Assembly: GCA_046290225.1 (NCBI GenBank)
Contig: JBKAGE010000039.1
Span: 64,001-128,000, forward strand
Reading direction: 5' to 3'
DNA from: Bradymonadia bacterium
GTDB lineage: Bacteria; Myxococcota_A; Bradymonadia; UBA7976; UBA1532
DNA length: 64,000 nucleotides
Made by a program: the position numbers and the translations under genes. The notes under the pieces were generated by a model. That model was not told the origin of the DNA and did not search any database. It was given only the letters and a program-made list of their open reading frames with translations. Shown one piece after another: positions 21,995 to 32,016 of this stretch; within the stretch, counting starts at the first letter, position 1; each line of letters opens with the position of its first letter.

Positions 21995-23056
21995 TCACAC
22001 TGTGCTCAGCTCATCTTCAAACTGGGCCTTGAACGAACGCCATTGAGGATCGAGAGGTCCGACGCTCATGGCCTCCGTCCAGGCCTTCATTCTATCACCC
22101 TCCAACCAGAGAATGCGTGCCCGGGCAAGCCTCACCAGGGGAATCTCTGGGGCCCAGCGTAGAGCCTTGTTCGCCCCTCTCACATTGCCCGAGAAGGTCT
22201 CGGACACAGCGAGGATCGCCCACGCTTGATCCAGCAGGGTACGGTTCACCTCGGTGAGTGTGCGGGCCTGGTGGGCTTTTCTCGAAGCCTCTCGGAATCG
22301 TCGATGCTCCAGATCATAGAGGGCCTCGGCGATCAGCTCTTTGGCGAAGGCGTAGCGCTTCCGTGGCGGCCCGGGCTGCGATACATCACCGACGAACTCG
22401 GTGCCCATGGATCTCAGGCGCTGGAAGTTGGAGTAAGCGAGGTAGAAGCCTCCGAGGAGCACGAAGCTGGATTGGAGCCATCGGTACATGAGCACCCCGC
22501 CGACCACCCCCACCAGGACGCCCACGCGATGGGTGTAGATCTCACCGCGGTGGGCGCCGTAGAGGCGGCTCATGCCCAAGCGGAAGAGCTGACCACCATC
22601 GAGAGGCCAGAGGGGCAACAGGTTCACCAGGCTCCAGAAGATGTTGATGTGCAGCATCGCCTGGAAGAAGTAGGCCAGGCCCGCATAGAGCATGAGGTTG
22701 TCCGTGGACACGAAGGGCATCACCACCAGCCCCACCAGCCAGCTGACGAGGCCGAGTAGAAGCCCCGCCCCCGGCCCGGCAGCGACGATGAGGGCATCTT
22801 GTCGGCCATCATCGGGCGCCTGATGGCTGCACAACCCGCCCCAACCGTGAAGGAGCACCTCTGGCGCGAGCCGATAGCGTTTGGCCATGAGGGCATGGCC
22901 ATACTCGTGGACCAGGATGCTGAACGTCATGGCTGCGGCCCAGATGAGGCTGGTCCAGAGCGGCCCATTGGTGCTCAGGTAGAGGGTCATGAGGATGTAC
23001 CAGGGTGAAATGGAGACTGGCACACCCATGAAGGTGAAGATGTGGATATTGGTCAT
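21995..23056 (-). CDS. Site-2 protease (M50) with C-terminal helical/TPR-like region
   Basis: HEYGH, AAGP, NLLPLWPLDGG, several TM segments. Confidence 0.9.
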   Translation of the reverse strand: MTNIHIFTFMGVPVSISPWYILMTLYLSTNGPLWTSLIWAAAMTFSILVHEYGHALMAKRYRLAPEVLLHGWGGLCSHQAPDDGRQDALIVAAGPGAGLLLGLVSWLVGLVVMPFVSTDNLMLYAGLAYFFQAMLHINIFWSLVNLLPLWPLDGGQLFRLGMSRLYGAHRGEIYTHRVGVLVGVVGGVLMYRWLQSSFVLLGGFYLAYSNFQRLRSMGTEFVGDVSQPGPPRKRYAFAKELIAEALYDLEHRRFREASRKAHQARTLTEVNRTLLDQAWAILAVSETFSGNVRGANKALRWAPEIPLVRLARARILWLEGDRMKAWTEAMSVGPLDPQWRSFKAQFEDELSTV

Positions 23057-23201
23057 GTTGCCCCCGCATCAGAGCAGATGGTTTCCTGCCCTGAGGGTGG
23101 CGATTATATACAAGAACACATCGTGAGGTGCGCACGTTTTCACTATGTGGTGCAGGCGCGATGGTGTTTGAAGGATCACCCATGAAGGCTCAGACCAGCA
23201 C

Positions 23202-23999
23202 ATGACACACCTCGACATCCACAGCTCGGAGCATGGCCCGTCACATGAGCGCACCGCGGTGCTGCTCCACAGCTCCGGTCTGAGCGGCGCGCAGTGGAGA
23301 ATGTATCTCAAGCCACTCGCCGAGGTCGGCTGGCGCACGATCGCCGTGGACTTCATCGGGTGTGGTCAGAGCGCCCCCTGGTCAGGCGCGGAGCCTTTCG
23401 GCCACCGCCACGATGTCGCCCAGGTGGTGTCGCTCTTGCGCACCCTTGCGGGTCAGCCATACGCCATCGTGGGCCACTCCTACGGAGGGCTCGTGGGCTT
23501 GCAAGCGGCCCTCGACCCCGAGGTGCAGCCCTCCGCGATGGTGCTCTTCGAGCCCGTGGCGTGGGGCGTGGTCGCAGACTCGCCCGAGTTTCAGGAGATG
23601 CGTCGATCGATGATCGACTCGGGCTTCTTCGACGACGCTCAGGGTGGCAGCGAAGCGTGGATGCAGCGGTTCGTCGAATACTGGAACGGCCCTGGGGCCT
23701 GGGTATTTATGGGTGAGCGCGGGCGCGCCAACATGATGCGCTCGGCGCGGGTGACCTTCGAGCAGGTACGGAGCACAGCCTTCGACGAGACGCCGCTCGG
23801 TTTATACCGCGATCTGCCAGCGCCGATGCATCTCATGTGTGGCGATCAGTCACCGGAGGAGAGTCAGGAGATCAGCCGACGGCTTGCAGGGCTCAGCGAG
23901 TCGAACACGCTCACTGAAGTCTCTGGTGGCCACATGTCACCTGTGCTCGACCCATCTGCGGTCGTGCCGATCGTGTGTGCGAAGCTGAGCCACGTTTGA
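23202..23999 (+). CDS. Alpha/beta hydrolase
   Basis: LLHSSG, GHSYGG nucleophile elbow, GGHM. Confidence 0.88.
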   Translation: MTHLDIHSSEHGPSHERTAVLLHSSGLSGAQWRMYLKPLAEVGWRTIAVDFIGCGQSAPWSGAEPFGHRHDVAQVVSLLRTLAGQPYAIVGHSYGGLVGLQAALDPEVQPSAMVLFEPVAWGVVADSPEFQEMRRSMIDSGFFDDAQGGSEAWMQRFVEYWNGPGAWVFMGERGRANMMRSARVTFEQVRSTAFDETPLGLYRDLPAPMHLMCGDQSPEESQEISRRLAGLSESNTLTEVSGGHMSPVLDPSAVVPIVCAKLSHV

Positions 24000-24028
24000 G
24001 GCGGGTGTCAGCTCATCATACTTTGCGT

Positions 24029-24802
24029 TCAGTTGCGACCTGCCATCACGCCGCCGTCCACATCCCAGATGGCGCCTGTCACCCAGCCGCTGTCGTTCGA
24101 CAGCAACAGCGCCACCACCGAGGCCACGTCGTCCGGGCGGCCCACCCGGCCAATGGGGTGGAACGCATTGAAGCCATCGGTGAGCGCCGACTCGATCTGA
24201 GCAGGCTCGATGAACGCCCCGTAGATGGGTGTCACCACCACCGCCGGTGAGACCGCGTTCACGCGGATGTTGTGCTCCCCGAGCTCCATGGCCAGATGCT
24301 GTGTCAGCGCATGCAGGCCCGCTTTGGCCATGGAGTAGGCCGAAGAGGGGGTGGCCTTCACCGCCTGGCGAGCCCACATCGAGCCGATGTTCACGATGGC
24401 GCCGCCGCCGGCGGCCTTCATGTTCACCGCCACGCGCTGGGTGATCAGAAAGAAGCCCCGATTGAGATCGTGGTAGGCGTCGAAGTCCTCCGCGGTGTGG
24501 TCGAGGAATGGCTTGGGAGAGAACAGCCCTGCAGCGTTCACCAGGCCGGTGATGGGTCGATCCACCTTGTCGATGTGATCAAGCAGACGCTGCAAGCTCT
24601 CGGCCTCGCTGATGTCGGCCACCACAGCCTCGGCGCGGCCGCCGTTCAGGGCCCGGAGGGAGGACAGCGCCGCTTCCAGCTTGTCAGCGCTGCGCCCTAC
24701 GAGGGTGACATCCTCGCCGCGGGCCACCAGGCGGGTTGCCGTCGCGAGGCCCATACCGCTGCTGCCACCAATGATCCAGGTGTTGGGGGTGATGTTGCTC
24801 AT
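24029..24802 (-). CDS. SDR-family oxidoreductase
   Basis: [39 protein letters not shown]. Confidence 0.9.
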   Translation of the reverse strand: MSNITPNTWIIGGSSGMGLATATRLVARGEDVTLVGRSADKLEAALSSLRALNGGRAEAVVADISEAESLQRLLDHIDKVDRPITGLVNAAGLFSPKPFLDHTAEDFDAYHDLNRGFFLITQRVAVNMKAAGGGAIVNIGSMWARQAVKATPSSAYSMAKAGLHALTQHLAMELGEHNIRVNAVSPAVVVTPIYGAFIEPAQIESALTDGFNAFHPIGRVGRPDDVASVVALLLSNDSGWVTGAIWDVDGGVMAGRN

Positions 24803-24829
24803 GAGGTTTGTCCTTTCGATTGATGTCTG

Positions 24830-24844
24830 CCTTCTAGTTGGTAG
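24830..24844. promoter_or_regulatory. TetR operator copy 1 (CCTTCTAGTTGGTAG)
   Basis: Exact reverse complement of 25530-25544. Confidence 0.75.
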
Positions 24845-24901
24845 GCGGGGGTGCCAAAAAAAGAGCAGAGCACGCTCTGCTCGGTTCAACAGATCAGTGC
24901 A

Positions 24902-25474
24902 TCAGCTCGAAGGCTGAAGCCAGGGTTGGAGAATGCTCAGCGCAGCGCGTGGCGCCTCTGTGAGAGGCCCGGTTTCACCCTGCACCCGCGCGGTCAGCAT
25001 CGCCCCTTCGAAGAAGGAGAAGACGAGTTGGGCCAGCGAGGCCACACGTGTCGATTCGAGGTGAGGTGCTTCGATGCTGATCGCCTCTGCGATCCACGCC
25101 GTAGCCACTCGCCAATATGCCTGCACCTCGTCTTTGACCTGCTCTGGGAGGATGTCCCAGTCAGCGGCGAGGCTGCCACACAGACAACTGCCCCCAGGGC
25201 CCTCGTATCCTGCGACGAAGATGCTGCCCATCGTCTCCAACGCCGCTGTCAGACCAGCAGTCTCAAGGTTGACCTCGGCGAGTCGCTGACGCAGGCCTTG
25301 CCGGTACATCTCCACGGCGGCGGTCGCCAGATCTGCCTTGGTGGGGAAGTGATGGTGGATGCTGGCCTTGCGGATGCCCACCATCTTGGAGACATCGGCG
25401 TAGCTGAAGCCGCTGTAGCCGGCGCGCTTCATCATCTCTTCGCCAGCGCTCAGGATGTGCTCTCGGGTGTCCAT
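24902..25474 (-). CDS. TetR/AcrR-family regulator (NemR-like)
   Basis: GYSGFSYADVSKMVGIRKASIHHHFPTKADL HTH; CLCG motif. Confidence 0.9.
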   Translation of the reverse strand: MDTREHILSAGEEMMKRAGYSGFSYADVSKMVGIRKASIHHHFPTKADLATAAVEMYRQGLRQRLAEVNLETAGLTAALETMGSIFVAGYEGPGGSCLCGSLAADWDILPEQVKDEVQAYWRVATAWIAEAISIEAPHLESTRVASLAQLVFSFFEGAMLTARVQGETGPLTEAPRAALSILQPWLQPSS

Positions 25475-25522
25475 GTGGGCCTTTCAGGGATCCGGCAGGG
25501 TGATGCCCCGTCGACATGAATG

Positions 25523-25551
25523 ATCGTGTCTACCAACTAGAAGGTTGTCAA
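25523..25551 (-). promoter_or_regulatory. Sigma-70 promoter of TetR gene with operator copy 2 in the spacer
   Basis: Minus strand TTGACA-17 nt (ACCTTCTAGTTGGTAGA)-CACGAT. Confidence 0.65.
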
Positions 25552-25608
25552 TGGGGGGAGGCAGGGAAACTTCTCAATGGCTTGAAAGGAAAGAGATAAA
25601 AATCAACT

Positions 25609-26274
25609 TCAGGCGGCGTCGCTTTCGTTGGCCACCTGCTGAAGCGCCGCTGCGAAACGCTCAGCACCCTGAGCACCAGTGAGCAGATATCTCTGATTCA
25701 GGATCACCGCGGGTACACCCTGAATGCCGCGCTCCGACCAGAGGCGCTCCTCTTCGCGGACTTGATCGGCATAGCGCTCATCTTCGAGGGCTGCCCGGGC
25801 CGCTTCGCCATCGAGATCGAGGCTCTGAGCGACACCGACGAGCACCTCGAGATCATTGATGTTCTCCCGTCGAGTGAAGAAGGCTTCGAACAGCGACAGC
25901 TTCAGCTCGTGCTTGCGCCCCTGATCTTCTGCCCACGCCAGGAGCTGATGAGCGCGCCACGTGTTCACCATGCGCATGTCGTCGGCGTAGTTGAAGGTGA
26001 ACCCCAGCTCAGCCCCCAACGTGGTGAGGCGCTCACGTGCTTTGGCGCTGCCATCTGGTGTGGTGCCGTACTTGGCGGCGAGGTGCTCTTGGAGGTGCTC
26101 GCCCTCCTCGGCCATCAGGGGATTCAGCTCGAAGGGCCACCAGTGGATCTCACCTTTGATGCCCGTGGCGTCCAGGGCCGCTTGGAGCTGTTTGTAGCCG
26201 ATGATGCACCAGGGGCACACCACATCAGAGACGAAGTCGATTCTCACGGTCTTGGCTTCAGTGGTTTCGCTCAT
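25609..26274 (-). CDS. DsbA-family (FrnE-like) oxidoreductase
   Basis: SDVVCPWC, PFELNP, GIQGVP; AAGGAG RBS before ATG 26274. Confidence 0.9.
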   Translation of the reverse strand: MSETTEAKTVRIDFVSDVVCPWCIIGYKQLQAALDATGIKGEIHWWPFELNPLMAEEGEHLQEHLAAKYGTTPDGSAKARERLTTLGAELGFTFNYADDMRMVNTWRAHQLLAWAEDQGRKHELKLSLFEAFFTRRENINDLEVLVGVAQSLDLDGEAARAALEDERYADQVREEERLWSERGIQGVPAVILNQRYLLTGAQGAERFAAALQQVANESDAA

Positions 26275-26503
26275 GGAGCCTTCTCCTTGATTCAGCACAC
26301 ACAAGGTTGGGGTCAGATACTTCGAGCCCTCCGTGAGGGTCCCAGTCGGGGCAAAAGGTAGACGCGCTTTCACGTATGGCAACCGGTTGTGATTGGGTGG
26401 CCGGTACATTGCTGCGCCAAACAGCTGTCGTTTTGGGCGACAGATCGTCGATGCTGGCATCTGATATTGCGTGTCCAGCGCACCGGTCCTCAAAGGAGAG
26501 AGC

Positions 26504-27640
26504 GTGACCCTATCCAACCCTCGCCAACTGCTCAGCACCGTCACCGAGAACCACGAGCTGGTGGTCTCCATCGAGCCATTGGCCGTGCCCGAGCCTGGAC
26601 CGGGCGAGGTGGTGGTGGCCATGCAGGCCACGCCCATCAACCCCAGCGATCTGGGGCTGCTCTTTGGTCCTGCTGACTTGTCCACTGCTCGCCGTGGAGA
26701 GGTAGACGGCCACCCTGCGCTCATCGCATCGGTGCACCCGGCCATGCGCAAGTTCGTCGCGGGGCGTGTGGGCAAGAAGCTGCCGGTGGGCAACGAAGGC
26801 GCAGGCCAGGTGGTGGCTGCGGGCAGCTCGGAGCAGGCGCAGGCCCTGTTAGGCCGTACGGTGAACGTTGTCGGTGGGGCCATGTACCGGACGCACAGAG
26901 TGCTCGACGCCCGGAAGGTGGTGCCCTTGCCAGAAGGGGCTCCCGCTGCAGAGGGCGCTTCGCTCTTTGTAAACCCGATGACCGTTCAGGCGTTCATGGA
27001 GACCATGCGCCAAGAAGGCCACACTGCGTTGATCCACACTGCCGCGGCGTCGAGCCTGGGGCAGATGCTGGCCAAACTTTGCAAGAAAGAAGACGTACCG
27101 CTGGTGGCCATCGTGCGCCGTCCTGCTCAGAAGGCGCTGCTCGAGGCGTTGGGTGTGCCGTACGTCATCGACAGCTCCACCGAGGGCTTCTTCGAAGATC
27201 TGGTGCGGGCCATTATCGAGACCGGGGCCACGTTGTGCTTCGACGCCATCGGTGGAGGGGACATGGCCAACACTGTGCTCACTGCTATGGAGGTGGCGCT
27301 CCAGGCCCGTGGTGTAGAGGCTGATCTCTACGGCACGCCCGTGCTGAAACAGGTCTACCAGTATGGTCGACTCGATTTCCGCGCCACGACGCTCAAGGGG
27401 GGCTTCGGTATGTATTGGGGTGTCGGTGGATGGTTGCTGACGCCGCGGCTCAGAGCAGCGGGCATGCAGCGCACCATGGAGATGCGCCAGTACGCAGTGG
27501 AAGAGCGCAATGGCATCTTTGCCACCGAGTATGCCCGCACGCTGGGGCTCGAGGCGCTGCTCGACCCCGAGAACGCCCGCCTCATCGATCGCAAGGGCAC
27601 CCATGGCAAGGTGCTCGTCGATCCGAGCATCGCCCCATAG
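26504..27640 (+). CDS. MDR-family zinc-binding-type dehydrogenase
   Basis: ATPINPSDLG, VGNEGAG, FVNPMT, HTAAASSLGQML; AAGGAG before GTG. Confidence 0.88.
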   Translation: MTLSNPRQLLSTVTENHELVVSIEPLAVPEPGPGEVVVAMQATPINPSDLGLLFGPADLSTARRGEVDGHPALIASVHPAMRKFVAGRVGKKLPVGNEGAGQVVAAGSSEQAQALLGRTVNVVGGAMYRTHRVLDARKVVPLPEGAPAAEGASLFVNPMTVQAFMETMRQEGHTALIHTAAASSLGQMLAKLCKKEDVPLVAIVRRPAQKALLEALGVPYVIDSSTEGFFEDLVRAIIETGATLCFDAIGGGDMANTVLTAMEVALQARGVEADLYGTPVLKQVYQYGRLDFRATTLKGGFGMYWGVGGWLLTPRLRAAGMQRTMEMRQYAVEERNGIFATEYARTLGLEALLDPENARLIDRKGTHGKVLVDPSIAP

Positions 27641-27649
27641 GCAGTCATA

Positions 27650-27696
27650 TGAGCGCACGGCGCTCGGGTGACGAGGGCCCGGCCTGAGTGTGCTCA
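27650..27696. terminator. Stem-loop between convergent genes
   Basis: TGAGCGCAC...GTGTGCTCA with inner CTCGGG/CCTGAG; no U-tract. Confidence 0.35.
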
Positions 27697-27765
27697 ACGA
27701 CGTCGTCGCGGCCCAGCCCCTGATGCAGACACAGGGCGTCGGCCAGTGCGTGAGCGTGGTGGCTG

Positions 27766-28605
27766 TTACGGCTTCAGAGCCTCGTGCTTCACCCAGTCCA
27801 CCTCAAGGGTCCAGGTTTTGGTCTTCATGGGCCCGGGCTTGATCTTGGCGAAGTTCAAGATCGCGAAGAGGGGCTCTGGAAACGCCTTTGCCTGATCAGG
27901 GATCCGGTACACTTCTTTCCCGTCGAGCCTGAAGATCATGTCGCCGCCGAGCCATTCCACCGAGTACTCGTGGTACTCGGCGAGCTTCGCCGCCTGCACC
28001 AGCATCTTGGACTTCCAGTCTCCAGCACCGCACTTGCCCTCGCTCTTGATGATGCGGGCTGCGTAGTGGTCGGCGCCGCCGTCGGAGTGATGCTCGAAGA
28101 TGTCGATCTCACCTGAGCCCACGAGAGGCCAGCACACCGTCTCGTCCTTCTCTTCGATGGGGGGCTCGTTGTTCTGGGCGCCCAGCAGCCACCACGCTGG
28201 GAACATGCCCGCCGCGCCGCTGCCTTTCACCCGCAATCGAGCGGTCCACCGCCCTTGAACAAACTCTTTGCGGTTCTTCGAGGCGATGCGACCAGCGACA
28301 TAACGGCTCGGCGGGTGTTGCTCGCCGGTCTTGGTCCAGTTGAAGCAGGGCCGCGCTTTGCCGATGTCCACGACGCGCAGCTTCAGGGTGCCATCGCTCA
28401 CCTCTCGGGTGCCGAACTGCCCCTCGCGCACATAACACTGGTCTTCGTTGTTCACCCACAACAGCTGGTCTTGCCAGTGGGTGTGATCGAAGCGGTCGAA
28501 GTCGTCGAAGAAGTCCACCTTCCACTGAGGTGGCCTCTCTGCAGAGGCCACCAGGGCCCAGGTTGTCGTACAGAGCAGCGTCAGGGCGAAATGTATGATC
28601 TTCAT
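27766..28605 (-). CDS. Secreted glycoside hydrolase family 16
   Basis: Signal peptide; FPAWWLLG and catalytic GEIDIFE (ExDxxE). Confidence 0.88.
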   Translation of the reverse strand: MKIIHFALTLLCTTTWALVASAERPPQWKVDFFDDFDRFDHTHWQDQLLWVNNEDQCYVREGQFGTREVSDGTLKLRVVDIGKARPCFNWTKTGEQHPPSRYVAGRIASKNRKEFVQGRWTARLRVKGSGAAGMFPAWWLLGAQNNEPPIEEKDETVCWPLVGSGEIDIFEHHSDGGADHYAARIIKSEGKCGAGDWKSKMLVQAAKLAEYHEYSVEWLGGDMIFRLDGKEVYRIPDQAKAFPEPLFAILNFAKIKPGPMKTKTWTLEVDWVKHEALKP

Positions 28606-28690
28606 GACTCGAAATTATCCATCACATCAGGATGACACAAGCACCAAGCCAGTGAGGTGAAATGCCTGGCGGTGTGTGGATCGTGGATCC

Positions 28691-29479
28691 TCACCGGACC
28701 GCAGCGAGCACCGTGTCGATGGCATGCCGAAGGGTCCAGGCCGCCTCGGTGTCCGACTGACGTCTCGCCGTGGAGAGCGCCTGGGTGACGATGCTCCGCT
28801 CTCCGGGGGTCAGTACAGAGCCCTGGCCAAGGGCCGTGGTGAGGGCCGTGGCGTACACCAAGCGGCAGTGGCCGGGCTCGCCTCGGTTGAAGGCGGGCAC
28901 GCCCTCGGCGATGGCGGCTCTCAGGTCAGCGACGACACCTGCATGCCCTGGCCCTCGTGGCTCGGCGCCGGGTACAGCTTCGATGCTGAGCACCTCGAGC
29001 CGGAAGGGGCCAGGGTTTTTGTCGGCGAGCAGGAACCCGATGCTCTCGATCCGCTCGGGCACGGCGTCGAGCGCCGGTGCGCCGTGTACGGCACGTCCGA
29101 AGGACGAGGGCCTGAAATCGCTCAGCGGAATCTCGAGCGTGGTGGCTTTCTCGGTGGTGGGGATCTTCACGCGGTAGGACCCAGCTCGCAGGGGCACGTC
29201 GGATCGCCGCAGGGTGAGATCGTACCGGCGCCCGTCACCGCGGACGGTGATCCTCAGCGCCCTCGCGTTGGCCAATGGCAACGCGAGGGGCTGGCTGCGG
29301 ATCGAGGTGAAGCCACCGTTCTGTTCGAGGGAGAGCTTGCCGGTGAAGTGCAGGACGCCGTCGTTCATCACCACGCTGGAGGTGGAGACGCCGCCCATTA
29401 CGGTGTCGTTGACCACCGTCCAGTCGAGCTCGGCCATCAGAGAAATGGGGAGGAGAAGGGTGATCGAGTACATCCACAT
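28691..29479 (-). CDS. CIA30/NDUFAF1-family protein with extra C-terminal helical domain
   Basis: WTVVNDTVMGGVS, SLEQNGGFTSIR, VRGDGRRY, DKNPGPFRLEV; start uncertain. Confidence 0.85.
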   Translation of the reverse strand: MWMYSITLLLPISLMAELDWTVVNDTVMGGVSTSSVVMNDGVLHFTGKLSLEQNGGFTSIRSQPLALPLANARALRITVRGDGRRYDLTLRRSDVPLRAGSYRVKIPTTEKATTLEIPLSDFRPSSFGRAVHGAPALDAVPERIESIGFLLADKNPGPFRLEVLSIEAVPGAEPRGPGHAGVVADLRAAIAEGVPAFNRGEPGHCRLVYATALTTALGQGSVLTPGERSIVTQALSTARRQSDTEAAWTLRHAIDTVLAAVR

Positions 29480-29585
29480 GTCACATGGAGCACGTGACCA
29501 CGGCCGAGGTCGCTGGGCTGATGTGGCGAATGTGGATAGTCTGTATCGGCAATTCAGGGCACACAGGTAGAACATCTTGAGCACA

Positions 29586-30548
29586 ATGGGAGAAGAGGGC
29601 CTCCTCCGGTGGGTCGCCGAGGCCTGTGGGGGGCGAGAAGCCCGCCGAGCGGAGCATGTTCAGAGTCTCTGGAGTGGCTACGGTGAGATCTTTCGGGCCC
29701 GCGTGCTCGGCGCCGCCACGGATGCTGTCGTGGTGAAGTGGGTACGGCCACCGTCTCGGGCCTCTCACCCGAGGGGCTGGGCCAGCGATCGATCACATCG
29801 ACGCAAGCTGCGCTCTTATGCTGTGGAGCGGGTGTTCTACGAGCGCTTCGCGCCACTGGCGCACGGGGGCTGTCGAGTGCCCGCTTGCCTGGGCACCACG
29901 GACTTCGACGGCGGGCAAGCCTTCGTGCTGGAAGATCTCGATGCCGCAGGGTTCGACCGCCGACACGGATCGCTCGAGGGCGATCTGCTCAACGCTGCCC
30001 TTCGATGGCTGGCGGAGTTTCACGCCACCTTTATGGGGGTCGCCCCAGATGGTCTCTGGGCAGAGGGTACGTACTGGCATTTGGCCACCCGCCCCGACGA
30101 GCTCGCCGCCACCACTGATCACCGACTGAAAGCGGCTGCCTCCGAGCTCGACGGGATGCTTTCTGCGGCGCGCTTTCGCACGTTGGCGCACGGCGACGCC
30201 AAGGTGGCGAATCTGTGCTTCTCCCCAGATGGGTGCTCGGTGGCCGCGGTCGATTTTCAGTACGTGGGGGGTGGCTGCGGGATGAAAGATCTTGCCTACC
30301 TGCTCAGCAGCTGCCTGACGGAGCATGAGCTCCTCGTTCAGGCAGATGGCCTCGTGGACGTGTACTTCGAGCACCTACGCTCCGCCCTCGACGGAAGAGA
30401 CTTCGATCTCGACGCCCTTGAGGCAGAGTGGCGAAGGCTCTATCCCGTGGCATGGGCCGACTTCGCCCGGTTTCTCTCCGGCTGGGCGCCTCATCATTGG
30501 AAGCTGCACGGCTACACAGAGCAGATGGTTGCATTGGCTCTGCCGTGA
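29586..30548 (+). CDS. Choline/aminoglycoside kinase-like phosphotransferase (EcKL/DUF1679-like)
   Basis: [28 protein letters not shown]. Confidence 0.85.
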   Translation: MGEEGLLRWVAEACGGREARRAEHVQSLWSGYGEIFRARVLGAATDAVVVKWVRPPSRASHPRGWASDRSHRRKLRSYAVERVFYERFAPLAHGGCRVPACLGTTDFDGGQAFVLEDLDAAGFDRRHGSLEGDLLNAALRWLAEFHATFMGVAPDGLWAEGTYWHLATRPDELAATTDHRLKAAASELDGMLSAARFRTLAHGDAKVANLCFSPDGCSVAAVDFQYVGGGCGMKDLAYLLSSCLTEHELLVQADGLVDVYFEHLRSALDGRDFDLDALEAEWRRLYPVAWADFARFLSGWAPHHWKLHGYTEQMVALALP

Positions 30549-30639
30549 TGCCGTATCTCGGCCACAGAGAGGGTTCAGCAAAGCCTGAGCGCCGGAGAGT
30601 GTCGTCAACAGAGCTTGGGGCTCACAGGATGTGATCATC

Positions 30640-31368
30640 ATGCAAATCGAACACCCAAACACCACCATCGACCGTGAGCGCTTCCTGGCGGCGTACATGG
30701 TCCACATGGGGGAGCCTTTCGAGGGCGAGCCCCCCACCTCTCTCGAGGTGCTTTGTGAGCAGCTCGGTGATCCGGACGAGTGGTACCCGCCAGAGCGTGC
30801 CGCAGCCCGTGCGGCTCGAGATGCGATGACACCATCGATCACGAAGCTGTCGGCTGATCCACTGATCGACTCTCTCACCATCTATCCCGGTGATCTCGTC
30901 GTCGACGCCGACTTCACGCTCAACAACCATGTCTTCGTCTTCGGCGATCTCAACGTGCGGGGCACCATCACCGTCTCCCCGGCCCACGCGATCTTGATGG
31001 TGGTCGGCGACATCTCATGTCGTGCCATGGAGCTCGTACGGGCTTATCTCTTCGTGCACGGAACGATACGCGCTGAGACATGTGTGCTGGGGGTGGCGTA
31101 CGGCTTCAACAAGGTGTCGGGTCAGATCAGCACACGGCTCTATCTACGCGACGATACACACCACAACCTCACCATCGAGCAGGACTGCGACGAAGAAGGC
31201 GACAGGCGAAACATAGAGGCGGAGCACGTGGTGTGCGTCGACGACGAAGAGGATGTCGAGCGCCTGAAGGGGGTCCTGGCTGCAAAATACATGGCCAGGT
31301 TCGACCCCTTCGAGCTGATGGCGGCCATCGCGGAAGGCGAGGATATCTTCGCGGAGAAAGAGAGCTGA
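30640..31368 (+). CDS. Hypothetical protein with GDLxVxG beta-solenoid-like repeats
   Basis: PGDLVVDA, FGDLNVRG, VGDISCR, HGTIRAE, SGQISTR periodicity; start uncertain. Confidence 0.65.
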   Translation: MQIEHPNTTIDRERFLAAYMVHMGEPFEGEPPTSLEVLCEQLGDPDEWYPPERAAARAARDAMTPSITKLSADPLIDSLTIYPGDLVVDADFTLNNHVFVFGDLNVRGTITVSPAHAILMVVGDISCRAMELVRAYLFVHGTIRAETCVLGVAYGFNKVSGQISTRLYLRDDTHHNLTIEQDCDEEGDRRNIEAEHVVCVDDEEDVERLKGVLAAKYMARFDPFELMAAIAEGEDIFAEKES

Positions 31369-31430
31369 ACGTGCTCACTCGCACCTCGCCTTCCTGACTC
31401 GGTTCGCCGTTGTGCTAGGACCTCCACAAG

Positions 31431-31457
31431 GGCATACGCAAGTCAGTTGCATATGCC
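31431..31457. promoter_or_regulatory. Palindromic operator upstream of Fur-family gene
   Basis: GGCATACGCAA-GTCAG-TTGCATATGCC: 11-bp arms, one mismatch. Confidence 0.75.
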
Positions 31458-31511
31458 GAAGGTGGGGCTTAGAGTCTCACCCATTCATCTTGCCCATATG
31501 TGAGTAGCGCC

Positions 31512-31955
31512 ATGAACTTCACCGAGGATGAAGTGCGGAAGCTGTTGCACGAGCGTTCGCTTCGAGTGACTGCCCCCCGAGTTGCCGTGCTTCAAGTCCT
31601 TGCAAACGCGAACAATCCGCTCTCGCACTCCGAAGTGCTCAGGCAGCTCGGCTCAACCGCCTGGGATCCGGCGACGATCTACCGGAACCTCGTGAAACTC
31701 CGTGATGCAGGCGTCGCCACCGTGGTCAACCGGGCAGAGGGCATCGATCGCTACGCCCTCGTAGAGGCGGATGGTGACGATCATTGCCACCCTCACTTCG
31801 TCTGCGAGGTCTGTGGCCGCATCGCCTGCTTGCCTACAGAGCTCACTGCGTCAATGTCGATTGATGGACCGTGGTCGGCTTCGATCAAGAAGGCGAAGAT
31901 CGAACTGAGGGGTCAGTGCCCGGATTGCGTCGAGCAGCAGCCTGCGGTGATGTGA
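31512..31955 (+). CDS. Fur-family metalloregulator (Zur-like)
   Basis: LRVTAPRVAVL, ATIYRNL, HPHFVCEVCG and GQCPDC (two CxxC); GTG 31500 is an alternative start. Confidence 0.9.
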   Translation: MNFTEDEVRKLLHERSLRVTAPRVAVLQVLANANNPLSHSEVLRQLGSTAWDPATIYRNLVKLRDAGVATVVNRAEGIDRYALVEADGDDHCHPHFVCEVCGRIACLPTELTASMSIDGPWSASIKKAKIELRGQCPDCVEQQPAVM

Positions 31956-32016
31956 GCCCTGAACAAGGGCTGCAATCAGGTTGGGCGTCTCATACCATTC
32001 GTGCAACCGAATGGGC

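Noticed and set aside
26455..26470. TGGCATCTGATATTGC as a sigma-54 promoter
   Set aside because: GG-to-GC spacing is 11 nt, not the required 10.
25609..26883. Long N-terminal extensions in the ORF track (DsbA 424 aa, LysR 386 aa, peroxidase 435 aa, lipoprotein 540 aa)
   Set aside because: The extensions overlap divergent genes or promoters; internal starts with an RBS or signal peptide fit better.
31969..31986. CTGCAATCAGGTTGGG as a second end of the MITE-like element
   Set aside because: Only 13/16 identity and no partner inverted repeat; compatible with chance.
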